A DNA stretch of 64,000 nucleotides from Pseudolabrys sp. (GCA_036003145.1 DASYSQ010000121.1:16052-80051); one strand, 5' to 3'; positions 1 to 9,012 are shown, counted from the stretch's first letter. The notes: generated from the sequence alone by a model not told the origin. Numbers and translations: made by a program.

Positions 1-381
1 AGAAATCACTTGAGTCGGACATGGCCGAAAATATCTGCAAGCTACTAGAGCAGACGATGCTGAGATATTTTCCTCAAACTGAGAACGATGCCGGTCAACC
101 CAAACCATCCTCGGTTCCGCTGGTTCCTCACCGGCACGAGAACCCGCAAATCTAGCGCACATTATATTCTTAGAAACTGTGCGGCCCCTTTTATTTCGGG
201 CCGCACTTCCTGCTTAGCTGAAGACGGCGGACGGTTGGAGGTTGTCAGGCCGAGTCCGGCTGTAGCCCGATACCAAACGCAAGTTTTGTGACTCTCGTCG
301 CATGCACCAGCGCACGAGCGATCCTAACTACCAGACATGAAGGCTGAGGATTGGGACACCATCCACAGCAGGATAAAGACC

Positions 382-525
382 ATGACCAATACGAACATCG
401 AAAAGCACGAAGAAAGCCTTACTTACGAAGTCAGCGACGAGGCGCTTGAGATCGCGGTGGGAAGTATAGTTGCAGGGAATTACACGCTCGCGGCCTGTAC
501 CGGCCTATCGGTTTGCCCGGGTTGA
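382..525 (+). CDS. Small peptide (47 aa), putative RiPP precursor: acidic leader with VSDEALEIAVG motif and Cys-containing core (NYTLAACTGLSVCPG)
   Basis: ATG at 382 preceded by AGGA (370-373). The leader resembles the ELSDEELEAVAGG-type motif of Nif11/NHLP/double-glycine leaders. C-terminal C-x5-C. The ORF track starts at 337, but 382 has the better RBS. Confidence 0.65.
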   Translation: MTNTNIEKHEESLTYEVSDEALEIAVGSIVAGNYTLAACTGLSVCPG

Positions 526-777
526 TCGCTGAACGCCAACGATTGGAGGCATCCATGTCGAACGGCTTCCTGAACTGGAGCGGCCGGGCCGATATCGAAG
601 GACGTGTCACAGAGCGTCGTCGTCCCCAAAACCGGGATGAGTCGACGACGCCCGGCGGTTGCCACCTGCCGTTCGCCAAGGCTCAGGCCAAAGCAGCGAA
701 GTGGGTTTGGCAGGCTTATCTTATTTGATCGGCGCGCATGACCGCGTCCAAAGGGCGCGGTCCAATCTCCGGCACAG

Positions 778-1596
778 TCACTGCGTATACGGTGGGTTTT
801 CGGCGGTGAGATTAATCTCCGCGATGGCGTGACCGCCGTAGCTTCTGAAGCGCGTGGAAACAACGGCCATGTTCAGCTTCTGAAACTCTTTTGGAAGGGC
901 CATCTTGAGTTTCGCGGGGTCGATCGCACTCTGAAGCGTGTTGTATGCTTTTTGGTTTATATGCGCTTTTGCAAGATCCATATTTGCATTTTTTGCCGAG
1001 CTTTCCTGCCCCTCCATCTTGATATCAGCCTCGGCAATTTTCAACGCGACATTTGCGCCATCTTTTTTTACCAGCTGGATCGGCAGACTTCCGCTGAAGG
1101 ACTGAGCACCATCCTTCCTCTCTTTCATGTTTCTCCAGGTATGCCGTTCCGGAACCTTGATTTTCAAAAACCAAACTTTTTTCTTCCTCCATTGGATTGC
1201 GGACTTTGCCGGTCCTGCAACGCACGACCACACGTCAACATCGCCGCGAACAGACATCACGAGGCGATCATCAACCGGGACCAGCGCTCCCGCTTTAAAA
1301 GACACAACCTGGTTCTGGTGCCCGGAGGCTCGGTTGACACAGCTGTTTGCAGGAAGCTTGAACGAGTCCACAACGCTCGCAAACTTTCTTTGCAGATCTA
1401 TCAGGTCAGCGAAAATTCTCGCCTGTACCCTGGGCTCGTTGCCAACCGAGCTGGTGGTAACCCATGAAGTCGCGCTGACAGTTATCGGGATGCCATTGAC
1501 CGTGTTCGTGATTGCGATTGGCCCGGTAGTCTGCTGGGCCGTGGCTCCCGGCACAAAGCCAGCCACGAGCAACGCACTCAGAAAAAGTGCTTTCAT
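778..1596 (-). CDS. Secreted hypothetical protein
   Basis: Long ORF. Probable start MKALFLSALLVAGFVPGATAQ (signal-peptide-like) with GGGGAG RBS upstream. No family recognised. Confidence 0.75.
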   Translation of the reverse strand: MKALFLSALLVAGFVPGATAQQTTGPIAITNTVNGIPITVSATSWVTTSSVGNEPRVQARIFADLIDLQRKFASVVDSFKLPANSCVNRASGHQNQVVSFKAGALVPVDDRLVMSVRGDVDVWSCVAGPAKSAIQWRKKKVWFLKIKVPERHTWRNMKERKDGAQSFSGSLPIQLVKKDGANVALKIAEADIKMEGQESSAKNANMDLAKAHINQKAYNTLQSAIDPAKLKMALPKEFQKLNMAVVSTRFRSYGGHAIAEINLTAENPPYTQ

Positions 1597-1821
1597 GCCC
1601 CGACTCCCCTGACCTAAACATTTTAGGTTTGCCATCATAATGGTACCGCAAGTCAGAGCCGGATGTCTGCCTCATGTCCGGTATTCCCCAGAAAGCATGC
1701 TTGCCGCCGCGGGCGGCCTAGCCGATGGGGGGCCAGAAGCCACCGGAGGGGCGGGCTTGCCAAGCGCTTGTGGTCACGACATTTTTAGTCGGCGTGTGTT
1801 CGTTTTCACTCGGAGCAAGTT

Positions 1822-2757
1822 GTGACGCGCATCCTCGTGACCGGCGCATCGGGCTTCGTCGGACGCGCCCTGGTCGCCGAACTGGCCAAGGTGGGACACT
1901 CCGTGCGGGCGGCTATGCGGCAGCCGGCGGATGTATTTCCTCGGTCGGTCGAAGTGATTGCTGTCTCGGATTTGACGCGCCCGGTCGAATGGCGCGCGTT
2001 GCTTAAAAACGTGGAGGTCGTAGTTCACCTTGCCGGTATCGCCCATGCCGGGCCGGAGATTGCCGAGGAAACCTATGAACGGGTCAACCGCCTGGCGACC
2101 GCCGAACTGGCAAGTGCTGCGAAGGCCATCGGTATTAATCACCTCGTCTTCATGTCGTCGATCCGCGCGCAGAGCGGACCGACTTCCAGCGGCGTTATGC
2201 GCGAAACCGACGCGCCGCGTCCAACCGACGCTTATGGACGTTCTAAACTGGCTGCCGAGGACGCCGTGCGCGCCGCCGGCGTGCCGTTCACGATCCTGAG
2301 GCCGGTGTTGATCTATGGCCCCGGCGTCAAAGGCAATTTCGCGCGCCTGATTGAGCTCGTCCGAAAACCATGGCCGCTGCCGCTCGGTCTTTGCCGCAAC
2401 CGCCGATCACTACTGGCGCGGCGGAACCTGATCGATGCCATTCACCTTACACTGGCATCGTCCGGTGCCAAAAATGAAACCTACATCGTGGCGGATCCTG
2501 CGCCGCTCACTCTGAGCGAGATCGTCACGGCCTTGCGTGCGGGGGAAGGGCGGAGAGCGGGTTTATTGCCCGTCCCTCCGGCGTTGATTGCGCTCGCCTC
2601 AAGCGCGCTCGGCCGCACCGAAGAATGGCAACGCCTCGGGGGTATGCTGGTCGCCGATCCTGGCAAACTTATACGTGCTGGATGGGAGCCTGCGACAGAC
2701 ACGCGCGCCGGCCTTGCGGCGCTAGCCCGCGCAAGTTCACCCCGGCATGCGAATTAA
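1822..2757 (+). CDS. NAD-dependent epimerase/dehydratase (extended SDR, UDP-sugar epimerase-like)
   Basis: N-terminal TGASGFVG Rossmann motif, HLAG motif and YGRSK catalytic YxxxK. GGAG RBS before the GTG start. Confidence 0.92.
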   Translation: MTRILVTGASGFVGRALVAELAKVGHSVRAAMRQPADVFPRSVEVIAVSDLTRPVEWRALLKNVEVVVHLAGIAHAGPEIAEETYERVNRLATAELASAAKAIGINHLVFMSSIRAQSGPTSSGVMRETDAPRPTDAYGRSKLAAEDAVRAAGVPFTILRPVLIYGPGVKGNFARLIELVRKPWPLPLGLCRNRRSLLARRNLIDAIHLTLASSGAKNETYIVADPAPLTLSEIVTALRAGEGRRAGLLPVPPALIALASSALGRTEEWQRLGGMLVADPGKLIRAGWEPATDTRAGLAALARASSPRHAN

Positions 2758-2783
2758 TGCGTGCTTTGGGCAGAAGCGGACAT
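2757..2783. repeat. Degenerate copy of the short palindromic ATGTCCGCTTT...AAAGCGGACAT-type intergenic repeat of Hyphomicrobiales
   Basis: Sequence atgcgtgctttgggcagaagcggacat: the right arm matches and the left arm is decayed. Family assignment is from recall. Confidence 0.45.
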
Positions 2784-2812
2784 CAGGCTCATGGGACGAT
2801 CGGCAGCGACAC

Positions 2813-2850
2813 GAAACCCCGCCCGGTGCGGCCGGGCTGGGGTTTCATTT
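2813..2850. terminator. Probable bidirectional intrinsic terminator between convergent genes
   Basis: gaaaccccgcccgg-tgcgg-ccgggc(t)ggggtttc-attt hairpin between the epimerase and DUF992 stop codons. Confidence 0.7.
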
Positions 2851-2869
2851 CGCGCGCACGCCGCGTGGG

Positions 2870-3385
2870 CTAGCGACGATGCCGTCGGTGATGGCGGACG
2901 ACGGGCGTCACCGGACGCAATTCGAGGCCGGTTACCGTCGCAACGACATTTAGCCCGGTCTGACCCTCGACGCTGAGCGGCTGAAGGGCGAATGAATTGT
3001 TGAGCCCCCCAACGAGGCCGTTGGCCGCCAGGCCGACACCCAGGGTCGCTCCGCCGGAAGCGCCGACGTATCCGCCAGCCAGTGCACCTGGCCCCGGCCG
3101 GGACGTGGCAGCGAAAACGACCCACCCCAGGACTGCATCGTTGGTGAAACCGATCTGGGCTCCGAATCGCTGCACCGTGCCCTGATAGTTTTGGGGCCGC
3201 GCGCCGCTCGCGGGCGTGAAGACGCAATCGAAAACGCGTGTTGAAAAGACGATATACCCTGTCGGCCCTGGGCTTCGACAGTTCAGCGTGCCCGCCTCGA
3301 CGTATGCGTGGGCGGGCATCGTCGATAAGGCAAGGCCAAAGAGCGTGGCGGCAAACGCAGAGCAGGCACCATATTTAAGCGACAT
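2870..3385 (-). CDS. DUF992 domain exported protein
   Basis: Start MSLKYG (GGAAAGGA RBS), signal peptide ending AHA. Motifs GTLNC...C.F, W.V.A, GALAGGY.G, LQPLSVEGQTGLN are typical of DUF992. Confidence 0.85.
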   Translation of the reverse strand: MSLKYGACSAFAATLFGLALSTMPAHAYVEAGTLNCRSPGPTGYIVFSTRVFDCVFTPASGARPQNYQGTVQRFGAQIGFTNDAVLGWVVFAATSRPGPGALAGGYVGASGGATLGVGLAANGLVGGLNNSFALQPLSVEGQTGLNVVATVTGLELRPVTPVVRHHRRHRR

Positions 3386-3620
3386 GTCATTCCTTTCCGT
3401 CAGATTCGATGACGGCGCATCTAACAGACTTGAAGTCATTATGCCATGCAGTGATTGAACATTTTCAGGACACATTCCGCACCGATTGGAATGTCCGCCA
3501 TTCCTCCGAAGGTTGGACGTTATCAGGCGTTTTGCCGCTCTCTTTATGACTTGGCAAGAGGACCCCTTGGCACGCCGGGCCGCGCTCTTCACACTGTGGT
3601 GAATTCTTCGGAGCTCGCCT

Positions 3621-4301
3621 ATGGATGTCCTCGAAGCCGTTGCGTCCCGATATTCATGTCGCGCTTTTTTGCAGACACCAGTGCCCGAGAAAATCGTCCG
3701 TGAGATCGTCGAGCGCGCAGCACGGGCGCCATCGGCAGGCAACATGCAGCCATGGCGCATCTATGCGGTCGCCGGTCAGCGCGTCGAGGAATTGAAAGCG
3801 CTGCTAGCTCCGCGCATGGCGACCGAACTGCCGAAAGGTGAGGGCGCCGACTACACGATCTATCCCGAGCCGCTCACCGAACCCTATCGGGCTCGTCGGT
3901 TTAGTGTCGGCGAATTGCTTTATCGGTCGATCAACGTGTCGCGAGATGACAAGGCGTCGCGCTACAAGCAATACTCTCGCAACTACCAGTTTTTCGGTGC
4001 ACCGGTCGCACTGTTCTTCGCCCGGGAAAAAGTTCACGGGTCCGCGCAATGGGCCGATATTGGCGGTTACCTTCAGACCGTTGCTTTGCTGGCACGCGGA
4101 TTCGGGCTGCATACCTGTCCGCAGCAAGCGTGGGTTTCATTTCATCGCACTGTGCGTGCTTTTTTACAGTTGCCCGATAATCTGATGATCTATTCGGGCA
4201 TGGCTCTCGGGTACGAAGACGCGGCCGCCCCGATCAATTCCTGGCGCTCTCCGCGCGAACCCACCGACGCTTTTGCGTCGTTCGAGGGTTTCGATAACTA
4301 G
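3621..4301 (+). CDS. Nitroreductase family protein
   Basis: SRYSCRAF, RAPSAGNMQPW and FFGAPV motifs. Confidence 0.92.
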   Translation: MDVLEAVASRYSCRAFLQTPVPEKIVREIVERAARAPSAGNMQPWRIYAVAGQRVEELKALLAPRMATELPKGEGADYTIYPEPLTEPYRARRFSVGELLYRSINVSRDDKASRYKQYSRNYQFFGAPVALFFAREKVHGSAQWADIGGYLQTVALLARGFGLHTCPQQAWVSFHRTVRAFLQLPDNLMIYSGMALGYEDAAAPINSWRSPREPTDAFASFEGFDN

Positions 4302-4322
4302 CGGAAATGGCCATTTTGGGCC

Positions 4323-4354
4323 GTTCAGGCTGCGTTCACCGGCGCGCCGTTAAC
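4323..4354 (+). promoter_or_regulatory. Direct repeats GTTCA-N6-GTTCA (+GTTAA), probable OmpR/PhoP-family (FeuP) box
   Basis: gttca at 4323 and 4334 (11-bp period) and gttaac at 4349, immediately upstream of the PepSY-feuPQ operon. Confidence 0.5.
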
Positions 4355-4363
4355 ACCCCTCCC

Positions 4364-4684
4364 ATGCCGGTTTCCCGACTTCTTTCTGCCGGTCTGCTGC
4401 TCGGCGCTATAGGCCTGCCGGCCGTCGCTGCCGACACCTCCCACAATGAGACCTGTCTCACCAGAGCGGAACAGCGCGCCGCGGTGGATGCGAGTCGAGC
4501 CATTTCGCTGGCCCAAGCCATCAAATTGCTCCGCCAGTACCGCAAACACTCGGAAGTGGTGCGCGCGCGCCTGTGCCGGCGCGACGACAAACTCGTCTAT
4601 GTACTGACTCTGCTGGGCCGCAGTGGCAAAGTGGTCGAGGCAACCGTTGATGCCGTCAGCGGCGAGTTTCATGCCGGCCCGTGA
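4364..4684 (+). CDS. PepSY domain periplasmic protein (FeuN-like accessory of the two-component system)
   Basis: Signal peptide and LVYVLTLL...GKV...VDA.SG PepSY pattern, directly upstream of the response regulator. Confidence 0.8.
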   Translation: MPVSRLLSAGLLLGAIGLPAVAADTSHNETCLTRAEQRAAVDASRAISLAQAIKLLRQYRKHSEVVRARLCRRDDKLVYVLTLLGRSGKVVEATVDAVSGEFHAGP

Positions 4685-4699
4685 GTGGAGAATAATGCC

Positions 4700-5368
4700 T
4701 TGCGCCTCCTCGTGATCGAGGACGATCCCGACCTTAATCGCCAACTTGCCACTGCGCTGACCGACGCCGGCTATGTCGTCGATCGTGCCTTCGACGGCGA
4801 GGAGGGCCATTACCTCGGAGAGTCCGAACCCTACGACGCCGTCATTCTTGATATCGGCCTGCCGAAAATGGACGGTATTTCAGTCCTGGAAGCATGGCGC
4901 CGGACCGGGCGCGCGATGCCGGTGCTCATGCTGACGGCTCGTGATCGCTGGAGCGACAAAGTGCAAGGTTTCGATGCTGGTGCCGACGATTACGTCGCCA
5001 AGCCGTTTCACCTGGAGGAAGTGCTCGCTCGTGTACGGGCGCTCCTGCGCCGATCCGCCGGCCACGCCAAGAGCGAATTCAATTGTGGGCCCGTGCGCCT
5101 CGACACCCGCACGGGCCGCGTATCGGTCAATGGTAACCCGGTTAAACTCACCAGCCACGAATACAGGTTGCTTGCCTATTTGATGCATCACGCCGGCCGC
5201 GTGGTGTCGCGTACCGAGCTGGTCGAGCATCTCTACGACCAGGATTTCGATCGCGACTCCAACACGGTCGAGGTGTTCGTCGGTCGCATCCGCAAAAAGC
5301 TGGGGGTCGAAATCATCCAGACTGTGCGCGGCCTGGGATATCTGCTCACGCCACCTGATGCACGTTAA
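4700..5368 (+). CDS. feuP: OmpR-family response regulator FeuP
   Basis: Receiver (VIEDD, LDIGLP, GADDYVAKPF) plus wHTH. ARDRWSDKV and YDQDFDRDSNTVEVF are FeuP-like. Synteny upstream of cycHJKL. TTG start with GGAG RBS. Confidence 0.88.
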   Translation: MRLLVIEDDPDLNRQLATALTDAGYVVDRAFDGEEGHYLGESEPYDAVILDIGLPKMDGISVLEAWRRTGRAMPVLMLTARDRWSDKVQGFDAGADDYVAKPFHLEEVLARVRALLRRSAGHAKSEFNCGPVRLDTRTGRVSVNGNPVKLTSHEYRLLAYLMHHAGRVVSRTELVEHLYDQDFDRDSNTVEVFVGRIRKKLGVEIIQTVRGLGYLLTPPDAR

Positions 5369-5372
5369 CGGG

Positions 5373-6749
5373 ATGCGCGCCAACTCTCTTGCGCTCCGCC
5401 TTTTCCTTTCAGCCACCGCCTGGGCGGTTGTCATCCTTCTTATCACCGGCATTGTTCTGTCATCGCTCTATCGGCAGGCTGTCGAACGCGCTTTCGACCG
5501 CCGCCTTGGCGTTTACCTGCGTACTCTGGTGGCCGATGTCGCTTCGCCGGAAGAAGGCAGCGAAAAATTTCCGCAGTCTCTGGGCGAGCCACTTTTTGAG
5601 TTGCCGCTGTCGGGCTGGTACTGGCAGGTCACGCGCGTCGATCCCGGAAAATCCGAAGTCCGCGCTTCTCGTTCGCTTTGGGATGGTGGTCTGCCGCACT
5701 TGCAAGACTATGGCATCGCCGCTGGCCCCGATGGTTCGCGTGAGGGCTACGTGTCGGGTCCCGAGGACCAGCGGCTCCGGCTCGTGGAGCGCAATATCGA
5801 CCTCGGCGACGAAGGCCACTACCTTGTTGCTGTGGCTGGTGATGCGGTCGAAATCTCCGAGGAAACGCGTTCGTTCGATCAGGCGCTCATTATCACATTC
5901 TCAATACTCGCGGCGGTGCTGTTGCTCACCACCGCGTTTCAGGTCCGTTTCGGTCTGGCGCCGCTCAAGCGCATCACGGACGGACTGGCTGCTATCCGCT
6001 CGGGCAGCGCCGAACGCCTGACCGGAAAGTTTCCTGAGGAGATCGCGCCACTGGCGCGGGAAACCAATGCCCTGATCGAAGCTAACAAAGAAATCGTGGA
6101 ACGTGCCCGCACGCATGTCGGCAACCTTGCCCATGCGCTCAAGACGCCGCTTTCGGTAATGGTGAACGAGGCGGCAGCACGTGGCAACGAACCGTTCGCC
6201 CAGAAAGTGCTCGAGCAAGCCGATATCATGCGCGATCAGGTGGCTCGTCATCTTGAGCGCGCTCGTCTGGCAACCCGTCTCACGGCGGTCGGCTCTGTTG
6301 CGGAGGTTGCGCCTGTTGTGACTGCGCTGGCCCGCACCATGGAGAAGATCCACCGCGACAAGAATCTCATCATCGATGTGCACGCCGACGACAAGGCGCA
6401 GTTCCATGGCGAACGCCCCGATCTCGAGGAGATGATGGGAAATCTGGTCGACAATGCCTGCAAGTGGGCGTCGTCGCGCGTGGCCATCGAGGTGGTGCGC
6501 GAGAGGCCGAACCAGGTGAGTGACCGTCAGGTGGTACGCATCATTGTTGATGATGACGGGCGCGGACTATCGCCTTCCGAACGCGAGCAAGTGGCAAAGC
6601 GTGGACAACGGCTGGACGAAACGAAGCCCGGCTCCGGCCTCGGTCTGTCGATCGTGGTCGAACTGGCGGCGCTCTACGGCGGCGGTCTGACCCTTGGCAC
6701 GGCACCGCTCGGCGGGTTGCGTGCGGAATTGGTCCTGCCGGCGGTGTAA
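5373..6749 (+). CDS. feuQ: Sensor histidine kinase FeuQ
   Basis: Two TM segments, HAMP, H-box GNLAHALKTPL, N-box NLVDNACKW and G-box GSGLGL. Confidence 0.88.
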   Translation: MRANSLALRLFLSATAWAVVILLITGIVLSSLYRQAVERAFDRRLGVYLRTLVADVASPEEGSEKFPQSLGEPLFELPLSGWYWQVTRVDPGKSEVRASRSLWDGGLPHLQDYGIAAGPDGSREGYVSGPEDQRLRLVERNIDLGDEGHYLVAVAGDAVEISEETRSFDQALIITFSILAAVLLLTTAFQVRFGLAPLKRITDGLAAIRSGSAERLTGKFPEEIAPLARETNALIEANKEIVERARTHVGNLAHALKTPLSVMVNEAAARGNEPFAQKVLEQADIMRDQVARHLERARLATRLTAVGSVAEVAPVVTALARTMEKIHRDKNLIIDVHADDKAQFHGERPDLEEMMGNLVDNACKWASSRVAIEVVRERPNQVSDRQVVRIIVDDDGRGLSPSEREQVAKRGQRLDETKPGSGLGLSIVVELAALYGGGLTLGTAPLGGLRAELVLPAV

Positions 6750-6862
6750 TCTTGGAATTTCTGGGTGACCCACCGGAGTTTTGCCCTATTTCTCAAACTC
6801 GATAAACTGATCGTCCTACGTCGGCTTGGTTTGCTTTTCACGCTGCTTTTCCGGGGAAGACT

Positions 6863-7408
6863 ATGTTCGTGCCGAAATCCGCCGCTGTTGTGATCGTCGG
6901 CCTTGCGCTCGCCGCCTGCGCTGGAGGTCCGAGTTGGATGGGGCCAGGTGCAGGACCTGGACCCGGACCCGGACCAGTAGCGGCGCCGATACCCGGGCCG
7001 GGACCGAGGGAGGGTGCCGGGACAGTGGTCGGCGCCGGGACCGGTGCAGTGGTTGGCGCTGCCGTCGCTGGCGGCGGCGCGGGAAACCGTCTCGCGGGAG
7101 CTGCGATCGGAGGCGTGCTGGGCGGTCTCATCGGCAATCGCATTGGCGCGGCGCTGGACGACGAAGACAAGCAGCGGGCTTATGCCGCGCAGATGGACGC
7201 CCTGGATCGGGGCCAATCGGGGGCCCCGGTGTCCTGGCGGAATCCCGATTCCGGCCGCTACGGAACAGTCGTCCCAGGTCCGCAATATCAACAGGGCGGC
7301 CGCAACTGCCGCTCCTATACCCACACTGTCTATATTGACGGTCAACCGCAGACGTCGCGCGGCACCGCCTGCCGCAATCCGGACGGCACCTGGACGGCTG
7401 TCGGCTAA
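6863..7408 (+). CDS. Outer-membrane lipoprotein, 17-kDa surface antigen/RT0821 family with glycine zipper
   Basis: Lipobox LAAC, Gly-Pro linker, glycine zipper, W.NP.SG..G.V and CR.Y...G.ACR..DG.W motifs. Confidence 0.88.
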   Translation: MFVPKSAAVVIVGLALAACAGGPSWMGPGAGPGPGPGPVAAPIPGPGPREGAGTVVGAGTGAVVGAAVAGGGAGNRLAGAAIGGVLGGLIGNRIGAALDDEDKQRAYAAQMDALDRGQSGAPVSWRNPDSGRYGTVVPGPQYQQGGRNCRSYTHTVYIDGQPQTSRGTACRNPDGTWTAVG

Positions 7409-7422
7409 TCTTTGCTACACGC

Positions 7423-7438
7423 TTAACAAAGCCTTAAC
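7423..7438 (+). promoter_or_regulatory. CtrA-binding site TTAA-N7-TTAAC
   Basis: ttaa-caaagcc-ttaac is an exact match to the established CtrA consensus, intergenic and upstream of the next ORF. Confidence 0.75.
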
Positions 7439-7485
7439 GCCCGCCGCCGTATCAAGCCCAAGGCTTGAATTCGGATAAACCGAGA

Positions 7486-8895
7486 ATGGCGGGCGCCGAA
7501 ACGACCGTCGAACGGCTGCGGCAATTTCTGCGCGAGCTTTCGCCAGGAGCGCGTTCGCTGCTGATCGGCGAGCTCGAACGCAGCCTGCTGCGCGGCGAAG
7601 AGGTTGCGGGCGCCGATCTGGTCTTACAGGAATTGCGGCGCATCATGCGCGAGCAGCGCGACGGCTCGCTCCACATCGACGATTCCGCCCAACTGCTGTT
7701 CAAGCCACTCGAGCCTTTTCTAGTTGATGATCGAAGCGATCATAACCACCCCGGTCGCGTCTCCCGCTCTTCGCTCGAAGCATTGTGGAAGTGGGTTCAG
7801 CGCGACTTGTTGCCGAACGACGCCAACGCCTTGGCGACCGACGTCAGCGCAGCAATGGCCTCCGGCGACCACTCCAAGACGGATCGGTTCGCTCGCATTT
7901 TCCAGGACCGTGTCGCGGCCGCAATCGAAGCAAACTTCAGCGCCGCCGAGGACAACGAAAAAGTTCGGCGTCGAGCCTTGCAACAGATCGGGACACCCCG
8001 TGCTGGCGAGGAACTTGCCGCTCTTAAATGTGCTCTCAAGGGGCGCGATGTTCTCGCGTCGCTTTCTGCACGCCTGCCATTGCAGATCGGCAACCTTGCG
8101 AATGATCAGCTTGACGAATGCAAGGCATTGATAGAGAGCGCGGCTGCGCGCGACGGTGAGCTATTTCTATATGCTCTGCTGACGGTCATGAACAGGATGA
8201 CGGCGCCATGGCAGCTGATCCGGCTTGGGGTCAAAGCAGCCGGAAGCGATACTGCTGCGCGTGTTGCAGAAACGCACTACGGCGTAGCGGTCAACATCGT
8301 CCTGGCCGAACTTGAGCGGATGGTCACTGAGTTGCGCGATGACTTGCGCAGTGGCCAAGGGATCGCTGTCGGCGCTCTGCTCAAGACCATCCATGATTCC
8401 GCACGTGGTCTGCGCACCGAACTTGCATTGCCAGTCGACAGCACATGGGGCCGCGCGCTCGCGGCGCAGCGCACGCAGATTTCCGATTTGTTGCGTGCAG
8501 AAATAGAATCCATGCCCAGCCGCGTGCGCCGTCTGTTGCGGCCGCGGCCGTCGAAAGAAATCCGCCCTCATTCGGTGCTTGACCCGAATGAGGTCGCTGA
8601 AGTCGAGGCGCTGGTTGAATTCGTCGGCATTTGCCGCTATTTCGCTGGTGAGTTGGCCATCAATGAAATGACCCAGCGCGCTTTGACTGAGTTACGGCAA
8701 TATCTCGACAACGGCACCCGGACATTGCTTGAGGGGTTGCGCCATGCCGGCGAAGCGGACCGGAGCTTCCGGCAGTCCCAGGTCGATGCGGCCGTACGGT
8801 TTTGTGCCAAGGTATTTGGCCGGGAATATGCCGCTCTGCTAGGCAAAGCCGCAGAAGTCGCTGGAGCCGCTGAAAGCAAAGCCGTACGCGCCTGA
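7486..8895 (+). CDS. Hypothetical protein (predicted all-helical, cytoplasmic)
   Basis: Long ORF with host-like codon usage. No recognised motif. Start is 7465 (TTG) or 7486 (ATG). Confidence 0.8.
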   Translation: MAGAETTVERLRQFLRELSPGARSLLIGELERSLLRGEEVAGADLVLQELRRIMREQRDGSLHIDDSAQLLFKPLEPFLVDDRSDHNHPGRVSRSSLEALWKWVQRDLLPNDANALATDVSAAMASGDHSKTDRFARIFQDRVAAAIEANFSAAEDNEKVRRRALQQIGTPRAGEELAALKCALKGRDVLASLSARLPLQIGNLANDQLDECKALIESAAARDGELFLYALLTVMNRMTAPWQLIRLGVKAAGSDTAARVAETHYGVAVNIVLAELERMVTELRDDLRSGQGIAVGALLKTIHDSARGLRTELALPVDSTWGRALAAQRTQISDLLRAEIESMPSRVRRLLRPRPSKEIRPHSVLDPNEVAEVEALVEFVGICRYFAGELAINEMTQRALTELRQYLDNGTRTLLEGLRHAGEADRSFRQSQVDAAVRFCAKVFGREYAALLGKAAEVAGAAESKAVRA

Positions 8896-9012
8896 AGCCT
8901 GGTTTCCAACCTTCACGCTAACTTGGTCTTGCTCATTGCCGCCATGATCGGGCGTGATGTATGCCCTGCTGCGCCGCCCCAAGATGGCCGGCCGAGCGGG
9001 TCGTAAGACATC

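Noticed and set aside
3-155. Reading frame open from the window edge (…KSLESDMAENICKLLEQTMLRYFPQ…)
   Set aside because: Could be the tail of an upstream gene, but it is too short and motif-free to call without flanking sequence.
513-728. 71-aa ORF overlapping the end of the small peptide
   Set aside because: No RBS or motif, and its composition looks non-coding. Not supportable as a RiPP partner.
829-1467. 212-aa plus-strand ORF
   Set aside because: Antisense shadow of the 778-1596 gene, which has a signal peptide and RBS.
6940-7010. GGACCC/GGGCCG short tandem repeats
   Set aside because: They encode the Gly-Pro linker of the lipoprotein. Not a CRISPR array, and no evidence of a contingency locus.
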